Shown piece by piece: positions 19,130 to 26,489 of a stretch of DNA of 57,278 nt. A program made the translations under genes and the position numbers. The notes beneath the pieces were generated by a model. It was given only the letters and a program-made list of their open reading frames with translations. It searched no databases and had not been told where the DNA came from. Within the stretch, counting starts at the first letter, position 1. Every line of letters starts with the position of its first letter. This DNA is from Anaerovoracaceae bacterium (lineage in GTDB: Bacteria > Bacillota > Clostridia > Lachnospirales > Lachnospiraceae): positions 1 to 57,278 of the forward strand of contig CAVCPW010000259.1 of the NCBI GenBank assembly GCA_963604075.1, given 5' to 3'.

Positions 19130-20566
19130 ATGAGACGTAAGTTTGCAATATTTTTGATACTTGCACTAATATTATCGCTGACAGTTCCAGTAGTCGCCTG
19201 TGACAAGGAACAGACAAATACATATGTCACGCAAGTGCTTTTTGGGGATAAGGCATCCCAATATGAAAATGACGCAAGTGTAAATATGCTTTTGAGTGCG
19301 CTTTACCTTTGCAGTGAACAGCATGATAATTCAGGGCAGGATGAGCTTAAGCAATTAAAGCGCAGTTGGAGTCATTCGTCTGTATCCTTGTCGAGTATAA
19401 ATATTTTAAACAGTGATTTGCTGGAATGTTCTCACAATAGCTGGGAGTATAAATATGTAGAGAAAGAGGATGCTCAGACCGGCAGAAAAAAACTTCTCAG
19501 ACAAACAGTAAATAAGGTTTTTGATTTTGGATTATTTAATAAATGGTTCAATGATGAAAACGAAAAATGTAATAGTTTTTCGGCACTGCTTTATTATGTA
19601 CACATTCTTTGCGATTATATTGCCGAGGATCCGTATGCAACAGAAACAGTTATAAATGGTAAAACTGTGTCATCTTATTGCGGAGTGTCGTATGTTGAAG
19701 TGAATGGAAACAATCCGTCATTTACTGCTGCGCAAAAGAAAAATACAGAATCGTACTCTGAATACAGTCCGTTGGATTCATTGGGGCGGGCCGGCGTTGC
19801 AATTGCTAATATTGGTAAGGATAGCATGCCGCCTGCAGACTCAAGGCAACATATAGGTTCTATTAAACCAACCGGGTGGAATCAGAACAAGTATAATGGA
19901 TTTGTCAACTCAAGTCCAGGCTATCTGTATAACAGATGTCACTTGATCGCGCATCAGTTAGACGGAAATGATAAAGGGGAAAATTTGATTACCGGAACCA
20001 GGTATTTGAATGTAGATGGTATGAAAAAATGGGAGGATGAGGTAGCAGAGTATGTTTCGAAAACTGGAAATCATGTCTTATACAGGGCAACTCCAGTTTT
20101 TGAAGGTGATAATCTTGTCGCATCTGGCGTTCAGTTGGAAGCATATTCTATTGAAGACTCAGGAAAGCTGCATTTTAATGTTTTTTGTTATAATATGCAG
20201 CCTGGAATATCAATAAATTATGCAAATGGCTCTAATGAGGTCATTGATGAAATTTATTATGAAGAGAATAGTATCCCATTTGCCATTTTGAATGCGAGTG
20301 ACTCTAATCCAGATTTATTGTATGAAATAGACAGACATCTCAAAATAATATTTGATGATCAGCAGGAAAGCGGAAACTACATGAGTATGATGAAAGAGCT
20401 TAAGGATATAGCTGAAGAGGCTAGAAAGGTTGGCGACAAGGGTGAGAAAGAAGCAAAAATATATGCAACTCTCAAAGAATATGAGTATAAATATCTTGAT
20501 ATTTTAGAAAAATATATTCCACAGCTGCTTGCAAAGGAAAAATTCTTTACTTCGAAATTTCACTAG
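19130..20566 (+). CDS. exported DNA/RNA non-specific endonuclease (EndA/streptodornase-like) with extra helical domains
   Basis: YSPLDSLGRAG, IKPTGW, LYNRCHLIAHQL, ENLITGTRYLN, HVLYRATPVF motifs; N-terminal signal ending VVAC. Confidence 0.88.
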   Translation: MRRKFAIFLILALILSLTVPVVACDKEQTNTYVTQVLFGDKASQYENDASVNMLLSALYLCSEQHDNSGQDELKQLKRSWSHSSVSLSSINILNSDLLECSHNSWEYKYVEKEDAQTGRKKLLRQTVNKVFDFGLFNKWFNDENEKCNSFSALLYYVHILCDYIAEDPYATETVINGKTVSSYCGVSYVEVNGNNPSFTAAQKKNTESYSEYSPLDSLGRAGVAIANIGKDSMPPADSRQHIGSIKPTGWNQNKYNGFVNSSPGYLYNRCHLIAHQLDGNDKGENLITGTRYLNVDGMKKWEDEVAEYVSKTGNHVLYRATPVFEGDNLVASGVQLEAYSIEDSGKLHFNVFCYNMQPGISINYANGSNEVIDEIYYEENSIPFAILNASDSNPDLLYEIDRHLKIIFDDQQESGNYMSMMKELKDIAEEARKVGDKGEKEAKIYATLKEYEYKYLDILEKYIPQLLAKEKFFTSKFH

Positions 20567-20586
20567 ACTTCGCTAGATCGGAAGTT

Positions 20587-20690
20587 ATGGTTAAGAATTG
20601 CACAAAAGTTGAGAAATTGCATAAAGCGCACAAGATCACACAGATGCAGTTTGCTGAAAAGATTTGTGTGAGTAATAAGACTGTTTCTGG
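20587..20690 (+). pseudogene. truncated XRE-family helix-turn-helix fragment
   Basis: KLHKAHKITQMQFAEKICVSNKTVS resembles XRE helices 2-3 and breaks off before the conserved KWE. Confidence 0.55.
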
Positions 20691-20711
20691 TGGCTTACGA
20701 TTAGTTGTCAA

Positions 20712-21191
20712 TTATGCTGAAGCTTCAGGTGTTTCTGGTATCTGTGGCACATCCTTTAAATCGTGCTGAATATTTCGGAAACGTGCAGGAATCTCCTCAG
20801 CCTCCATGTTTTGGTGGATGAGCGTGGTTCCTGCTTTTTCGGCTGTCTCATAATACCAGCATTTGAAATCGAGTACATCAAGTGTGTGCTGAAGTGCAGC
20901 CATCTGCTCCAATAAAACAGAGCGCTGCTTGATAAATAATTCGTGACGCTCATGAATCGTTTCATCGCCTTGAAGCGTTAGTTCAATGTAGGTCTTGATA
21001 TCCTTAAGCGACATACCAGCCATTTTGAGGCATTCAATGATTTTCATCCATTCGTAATCAGATTCTTTAAACATGCGGATGCCTCCGGATGAACGTTCAA
21101 CAAATGGAAGCAGTCCTTCCTTATCATAGTAGCGCAGTGTCGATGCGGGAACACCTAAAAGCTTTGCCATTTCTCCGACTGTGTAAAACAT
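20712..21191 (-). CDS. MerR-family regulator, AdhR/NmlR-like
   Basis: YTVGEMAKLLGVPASTLRYYDKEGLL HTH; conserved Cys in IIECLKMAGMSL; divergent from an aldo-keto reductase. Confidence 0.9.
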   Translation of the reverse strand: MFYTVGEMAKLLGVPASTLRYYDKEGLLPFVERSSGGIRMFKESDYEWMKIIECLKMAGMSLKDIKTYIELTLQGDETIHERHELFIKQRSVLLEQMAALQHTLDVLDFKCWYYETAEKAGTTLIHQNMEAEEIPARFRNIQHDLKDVPQIPETPEASA

Positions 21192-21238
21192 GATATATAT
21201 CCCTCCTGAATTTCTTGGAAAAAATATTGAAATTTGTA

Positions 21239-21269
21239 TTGACTTAAATCTGACTTTAAGTTGTATAGT
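21239..21269 (+). promoter_or_regulatory. MerR-type promoter with AdhR/NmlR-like operator
   Basis: TTGACT-19 bp-TATAGT with the dyad ACTTAAA-N6-TTTAAGT at 21242-21261. Confidence 0.85.
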
Positions 21270-21408
21270 TAGAAGTATCTCTAAGGAAAATTATAGTGCA
21301 GTCCTGAGAGTTCGTCAACAGGCAAACACGGATCACACGGATTGCTGTGCTTGCCTTCAGAGTTTTCCAGTGATGCAAGATCAATATAAGAAAAGAGAGG
21401 TATGAACG

Positions 21409-22518
21409 ATGGAAAATGTGAAGAAGAATTTTGGATTTGGATGTATGCGCCTGCCAATGAATGGTGATGAGGTAGACATTGAGCAGACAAAGAAAATGGT
21501 AGATCGTTTCTTAAAAGAAGGGTTCAACTATTTTGACACTGCACATGGCTATATCGGAGGTAAGAGTGAACTTGCATTAAAGGAATGTTTGACCAGCCGT
21601 TATCCGCGTGATCAGTATGTGCTGACCGATAAGCTGACAGATTTCTTCTTTAAGAAGGAAGAGGATATCCGCCCGTTTTTTGAGCAGCAGCTTGAGTGGT
21701 GCGGCGTCGATTATTTTGATTTTTATCTGATGCATGCACAGGGCGCAGGAAACTTTAAGTTTTTTAAGGAATGCCGTGCTTATGAAACTGCATTTGAGTT
21801 AAAGGCAGAGGGTAAGATTCGCCATGTAGGCATTTCCTTCCATGATAAGGCGGAAGTGCTGGAGCAGATTTTAACTGAGTATCCGCAGGTTGAGGTAGTA
21901 CAGATTCAGTTTAACTATGTCGATTATGATGATTTGGCAGTAGAGAGCCGCAAGTGCTACGAAGTATGTCGTAAGCATAATAAGCCAGTGATCGTAATGG
22001 AGCCGGTAAAGGGTGGCAATCTTGTCAATCTGCCGGAGGCAGCAAAGGCTGTATTTGATGAATTGCATGGCGGAAGTCCAGCCAGTTACGCGATTCGTTT
22101 TGCGGCAGGTTTTGAGGGCATGATGATGGTTCTTTCTGGTATGAGCAGTACGGAGCAGATGGAAGATAACTTAAGCTACATGAAAGATTTCAAACCGCTC
22201 GACGAGAGGGAGTTAGCAGCAGTCGCAAAGGTTCAGAAGATCTTTAAGGAGATGAATCTGATTCCATGTACAGCCTGTCGTTATTGCGAAGCTGGATGTC
22301 CAAAGCAGATCAAGATTCCAGATCTGTTTGCAGTTATGAACACAAAGCAGACTTATCACGACTGGAACGCAGATTACTATTACAATGTTGTACATACAGC
22401 ACCGGGCCGTAAGGCCTCTGACTGTATCAAGTGTGGAAAGTGTGAGAAGGCGTGTCCACAGCACCTTCATATTCGTGATCTTCTTGGGGATGTTGCAAAG
22501 GAATTCGAGAAAAAGTAA
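21409..22518 (+). CDS. aldo/keto reductase with C-terminal 4Fe-4S dicluster domain
   Basis: GFGCMRLP, YFDTAHGY, GISFH, MEPVKGG; CTACRYCEAGCP and CIKCGKCEKACP. Confidence 0.93.
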   Translation: MENVKKNFGFGCMRLPMNGDEVDIEQTKKMVDRFLKEGFNYFDTAHGYIGGKSELALKECLTSRYPRDQYVLTDKLTDFFFKKEEDIRPFFEQQLEWCGVDYFDFYLMHAQGAGNFKFFKECRAYETAFELKAEGKIRHVGISFHDKAEVLEQILTEYPQVEVVQIQFNYVDYDDLAVESRKCYEVCRKHNKPVIVMEPVKGGNLVNLPEAAKAVFDELHGGSPASYAIRFAAGFEGMMMVLSGMSSTEQMEDNLSYMKDFKPLDERELAAVAKVQKIFKEMNLIPCTACRYCEAGCPKQIKIPDLFAVMNTKQTYHDWNADYYYNVVHTAPGRKASDCIKCGKCEKACPQHLHIRDLLGDVAKEFEKK

Positions 22519-22572
22519 GTAAAAATTAATTCGAGAAAAATTAAGTATAAGGAAATTCAAGAAAAATTAAGT
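22502..22572. repeat. 26-bp-period repeat x3 copying the end of the aldo/keto reductase gene
   Basis: AATTCGAGAAAAAGTAAGT (22502), AATTCGAGAAAAATTAAGT (22528), AATTCAAGAAAAATTAAGT (22554). Confidence 0.75.
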
Positions 22573-22634
22573 GGAAATCCAGAAAAAACCACTGGGATCA
22601 CATCATACAGTGGTGTTAAGCAAAACAAAAGAGT

Positions 22635-22676
22635 AAAAAGCTGCCGCAGTCCTGTGAAAAACTGCGGCAGCTTTTT
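22635..22676. terminator. bidirectional intrinsic terminator
   Basis: AAAAAGCTGCCGCAGT-10 nt-ACTGCGGCAGCTTTTT between convergent genes. Confidence 0.88.
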
Positions 22677-22687
22677 AACTAAATCAA

Positions 22688-22723
22688 GCAAGTAGCAAAG
22701 CGGATTGCGAACATCATTGACTT
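22688..22723 (+). repeat. dispersed GTAG-type intergenic repeat, copy 2
   Basis: GCAAGTAGCAAAGCGGATTGCGAACATCATTGACTT, 2 mismatches to copy 1. Confidence 0.88.
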
Positions 22724-22739
22724 TGAAGTTCAACATTCC

Positions 22740-23681
22740 TTAAAATTCGATTTCTCTCAGATATCTTGCAACTGCATCCTGCCAGGTTGGAAGTGGAGTA
22801 AATCCATTCTCAATCAGTTTGGACTTTTCCAGACGACTGTTGAACGGTCTTGCAGCCTTGGACAGACCATACTCAGCAGTAGTAACAGGAAGAACAGTAA
22901 CTTTGTCCTCACTATACTCGGTGCGTCCAAGAAGGGTAGCCTGATGGAAGATTTCCTTTGTGAAATCATACCAGCTGATATAACCACCCTCATTTGTTAC
23001 ATGATAGTAGCCGTACTTGTCGGTCTTAATCATGTCAACAAGCAGTCTTGCCAGATCAAAGGTATAGGTCGGTGTGCCAATCTGGTCATTGACTACTCTT
23101 AAGGTGCTGTGAGTCTTGGCAACGTTTAACATTGTCTTGATGAAATTCTTTCCGTTCTTTCCAAATACCCATGCGATACGCACAATAAAGTAGTTGTCAA
23201 GTGTGCTGGAAACAGCAAGTTCGCCGTCAAGTTTGGACTGACCGTAAACATTTAGTGGCTTATAATCTTTGCAGTCTGGTGTCCACGGAGTAGTACCCTG
23301 GCCGTCAAATACGTAGTCGGTGCTTATGTAAACCATCTTGCTGCCAGTTTTCTTGCAGGCCTTTGCAATGTTTGCGGTACCATCTGCATTAATTGCGTGT
23401 ACCTTATCCTTCTTATCCTCATCCTCAGCCAGATCAACAGCAGTCCATGCTGCGCAGTGAACAACAACATCTGGCTTTAACTCACAGATAATTTTATCAA
23501 CAGCATCCGCATCTGTGATATCAAGCTGAACATAAGGCATAGAAACAACAGCAGTACCATCAGCAGCGCCAGAATATTCTGGTGCAATATCAGTTCCAAT
23601 TCCATCATAGCCGCGCTTTGCTAGCTCATTCATTACGTCATGTCCAAGCTGACCGGCAACTCCGGTAACAAATACTTTCAT
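22740..23681 (-). CDS. rfbD: dTDP-4-dehydrorhamnose reductase
   Basis: VTGVAGQLG, HCAAWTAVD, ISTDYVFDG, PLNVYGQSK, DQIGTPT; ATG 23681 after GGAGGG. Confidence 0.95.
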   Translation of the reverse strand: MKVFVTGVAGQLGHDVMNELAKRGYDGIGTDIAPEYSGAADGTAVVSMPYVQLDITDADAVDKIICELKPDVVVHCAAWTAVDLAEDEDKKDKVHAINADGTANIAKACKKTGSKMVYISTDYVFDGQGTTPWTPDCKDYKPLNVYGQSKLDGELAVSSTLDNYFIVRIAWVFGKNGKNFIKTMLNVAKTHSTLRVVNDQIGTPTYTFDLARLLVDMIKTDKYGYYHVTNEGGYISWYDFTKEIFHQATLLGRTEYSEDKVTVLPVTTAEYGLSKAARPFNSRLEKSKLIENGFTPLPTWQDAVARYLREIEF

Positions 23682-23773
23682 AGAGACCCTCCATATGAAT
23701 AGCCGCGATTTATTCGAAAATAAACCGCGGATCATTCATTTCATGTTTTATTTGCTTTTCACATTAATATTAA

Positions 23774-23807
23774 ATCAATTATCAGATCAATTATCAGATC
23801 AATTAGC
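23774..23807. repeat. 12-bp tandem repeat x~3 spanning the rfbB stop codon
   Basis: ATCAATTATCAG ATCAATTATCAG ATCAATTAGC. Confidence 0.75.
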
Positions 23808-24822
23808 GGTTTGCATACATCTTCTCGTAGTAGTTCTGATACTCACCAGAGATAATGGTTTCCCACCACTCTTTATTGTCTAAGTACCACTGAATGGTCT
23901 TCTTGATACCGTCAGCAAACTTAGTCTCCGGCAGCCAGCCTAATTCATTGTGAATCTTAGTCGGGTCAATTGCGTAACGCATGTCGTGTCCCTTACGGTC
24001 GCCTACGAAGGTAATCAGGCTCTCTGGCTTTCCGAGCTCCTTGCAGATAATCTTAACGATATCGATGTTCTTCATCTCGTTGTGTCCACCAACGTTGTAA
24101 ACCTCGCCAACGCGTCCCTTGTGGATAATCAGGTCGATTGCACGGCAGTGATCCTCAACATACAGCCAGTCACGAACATTTTCACCGGTACCATAAACTG
24201 GCAGTGGCTTGTCATTTAATGCATTTGCAATCATCAGAGGGATCAGCTTCTCCGGGAAGTGATATGGACCGTAGTTGTTGGAGCAACGGCTGATGGTAAC
24301 AGGCAGACCGTAGGTTCTGTGGTAAGCAAGAACTAATAAATCTGCACCAGCCTTAGAAGAACTGTATGGGCTGCTGGTGTGGATCGGAGTCTCTTCAGTG
24401 AAGAACAGGTCCGGGCGGTCAAGCGGCAAATCACCATAAACTTCATCAGTGGAAACCTGATGATAGCGTTTAATACCATACTTACGGCAAGCGTCCATTA
24501 AGACAGCAGTTCCGAGAATGTTTGTATTTAAGAAAACTTCTGGATTCTCGATGGAACGGTCAACGTGGCTCTCGGCAGCAAAATTAACAACGATGTCTGG
24601 ATGCTCTTCCTCGAACAGCTTGTAAACAGCTTCACGATCGGTAATGCTTTCCTTAACAAAACGGAAATTCGGGTTGTCCATAACCGGTGCCAGAGTGGAA
24701 AGGTTTCCAGCATAGGTCAGGCAGTCTAAGCATACAATACGGTAATCCGGGTATGTATTTAACATATGAAAAATAAAGTTGCTTCCAATAAATCCGGCTC
24801 CGCCGGTAACGATAATAGTCAT
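23803..24822 (-). CDS. rfbB: dTDP-glucose 4,6-dehydratase
   Basis: VTGGAGFIGSNF, FAAESHVDRSI, STDEVYG, PYSSSKA, SNNYGPYHFPEKLIP, GHDMRYAID; ATG 24822 after GAAAGGAG. Confidence 0.96.
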   Translation of the reverse strand: MTIIVTGGAGFIGSNFIFHMLNTYPDYRIVCLDCLTYAGNLSTLAPVMDNPNFRFVKESITDREAVYKLFEEEHPDIVVNFAAESHVDRSIENPEVFLNTNILGTAVLMDACRKYGIKRYHQVSTDEVYGDLPLDRPDLFFTEETPIHTSSPYSSSKAGADLLVLAYHRTYGLPVTISRCSNNYGPYHFPEKLIPLMIANALNDKPLPVYGTGENVRDWLYVEDHCRAIDLIIHKGRVGEVYNVGGHNEMKNIDIVKIICKELGKPESLITFVGDRKGHDMRYAIDPTKIHNELGWLPETKFADGIKKTIQWYLDNKEWWETIISGEYQNYYEKMYANR

Positions 24823-24876
24823 AGTATAAACTCCTTTCAAATAGAGGGTCAATAACTTTTTATGATTGACAGGCAC

Positions 24877-24907
24877 AGTATATAGGGTGACGTTACGTCA
24901 CCTTCAA
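24877..24907 (-). promoter_or_regulatory. MerR-type promoter (19-bp spacer) with perfect palindromic operator, upstream of rfbB-rfbD
   Basis: Minus strand TTGAAG-19 bp-TATACT; GGTGACGT-T-ACGTCACC at 24886-24902. Confidence 0.8.
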
Positions 24908-24964
24908 GCATTTTTTTTGAAAAAATTGAACTTTGTGAAAAGTGCACAATGAAACTATCAGCAG

Positions 24965-26323
24965 TTATTTCGTGCAGCAAAAAATCCCAGCATCCTTTGT
25001 GACAAAGAACCCAGCATCTGTCTTTTTCTTGACGAAGCTGCGAAACTCAGCAAAATGGTCAAGGAGATATTGATTCTGATTGCCATGGCAGGAGAGAATG
25101 TAGAGAATCAGTGGTTCGGCATCCGGCACAAGAAGCGAATCCTCATATGCATGCCATTGAACATCACTAAAATATGGAGCTAGAATTTCGGCTCCATTTT
25201 CACGTCCGAATCGCTCATACAGACAATCAGCCGACAGCACAATGCGCGAGTCAAAATCGGACACAAGGCGGCTGATTTCTTTCATATGATCGGAACCATA
25301 GGTGCTGCATAAGAACCGGCCGCCGGGCTTTAAGACTCTGGCGGCCTCGCGGCATGCCTGCGCTACATCATTGCAATAAAAGAGTACATGGTTTGCCAGT
25401 ACCAGGTCAAATGATTCATCTGCAAAGGGGAGCGCCTCGCAAAAGCATTCACGAAACGAAAATTCGTCGCCATCGCCAATCGCACGTCTTGCATCGCGAA
25501 GCATTCCCTCCGATATATCAGTCAGCACAATTGAGCAGTTTTTAAGAAGATCCGGCTGATTATTTTGCGTGTGCTTTTGAACATCTTCTTGACAATGGTT
25601 TTGCATGTGCTCTTGGGTAGTTTCTTGACAATGGTTTTGCATGTGCTCTTGGGTAGTTTCTTGACAATGATTTTGAATGTTATGTTGACTGGCGTTTTGA
25701 CTATCCTTTTGATTGTTATCTTTAGAAAATAGTTTCTTTGCTTCGCACCAGAGTGTGCCGTCCCCACATCCCGTCTCCAAAATATTCATCCCTGGAATTA
25801 AATGACAGTTTTCCAAAATCCATGGAAACCAACCCTGTTTATTCTGTGAATAAAGGCGGTGAAGGTTGATGCGTGCTGATATATTCGAGGCATTTTGGTA
25901 TTGCTTTTTTAAGCTTTCCTCCATTCCAGTCAGATGAATCAGGTTTAACATGCGGTTCCAGTCAATACTGTGTTGACGGCTGATTGCATCTGAGGTTTCC
26001 AGAATTGCCTTTTCCACGAGCTGCATCTGCTCAATGCGGTCACGCACAAGATTCAATTGGATATTGAGAGAATTTTGCATGTAGTGAAGATCTTTTGTGT
26101 CTACAATCATTTCACGGATATCATCGAGAGAAAAGCCAAGATATTTCAATAATAAAATTTGCTGCAGACGCGCAAAATCCGCATCGGTGTAAAAACGCGC
26201 GCCAGATTCACTGACAAACGAGGGTTTTAAAATGCCCTGCTTGTCATAATAGCGGATGGTTCGCAGGGTGACGTGAGCCATCCCTGCGAACTGTCCGGAA
26301 GAGTAGTAGCCTTCTTTTTTCAT
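24965..26323 (-). CDS. MerR (TipA/Mta-type HTH)-class I SAM methyltransferase fusion
   Basis: VTLRTIRYYDKQGILKPS...LQQILLLKYLGFSLDDI; LETGCGDG, LTDISEGML, LPFADESFDLVLANHVL, RVLKPGG; likely start MKKEGYY. Confidence 0.9.
   Translation of the reverse strand: MKKEGYYSSGQFAGMAHVTLRTIRYYDKQGILKPSFVSESGARFYTDADFARLQQILLLKYLGFSLDDIREMIVDTKDLHYMQNSLNIQLNLVRDRIEQMQLVEKAILETSDAISRQHSIDWNRMLNLIHLTGMEESLKKQYQNASNISARINLHRLYSQNKQGWFPWILENCHLIPGMNILETGCGDGTLWCEAKKLFSKDNNQKDSQNASQHNIQNHCQETTQEHMQNHCQETTQEHMQNHCQEDVQKHTQNNQPDLLKNCSIVLTDISEGMLRDARRAIGDGDEFSFRECFCEALPFADESFDLVLANHVLFYCNDVAQACREAARVLKPGGRFLCSTYGSDHMKEISRLVSDFDSRIVLSADCLYERFGRENGAEILAPYFSDVQWHAYEDSLLVPDAEPLILYILSCHGNQNQYLLDHFAEFRSFVKKKTDAGFFVTKDAGIFCCTK
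25586..25680. repeat. 36-bp in-frame tandem repeat (about 2.6 copies) in the methyltransferase domain
   Basis: TTCTTGACAATGGTTTTGCATGTGCTCTTGGGTAGT x2 exact plus a partial copy; encodes QNHCQETTQEHM. Confidence 0.9.
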
Positions 26324-26348
26324 AAATAAAATTCTTTCGTTTGTCATA

Positions 26349-26439
26349 GGCGTAAACCCACTTTTCCTGGGAGGTGTGGGACTCAGTGCAACCAATTTTC
26401 CAGAAACTGGGCGTAAACCCACTTTCCCTGGGAGGTGTG
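26349..26439. repeat. 30-bp direct repeat pair separated by 31 unique bp
   Basis: GGCGTAAACCCACTTT(T/C)CCTGGGAGGTGTG at 26349-26378 and 26410-26439. Confidence 0.85.
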
Positions 26440-26489
26440 AGTAGCCTTATAAATTTCTTGAAATAGTATCCTATTTTACAAAGCTTAAC

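Noticed and set aside
26349..26439. Canonical CRISPR array
   Set aside because: Only two repeats, no typical CRISPR repeat termini, no leader and no cas genes in the window; kept only as an unexplained repeat pair.
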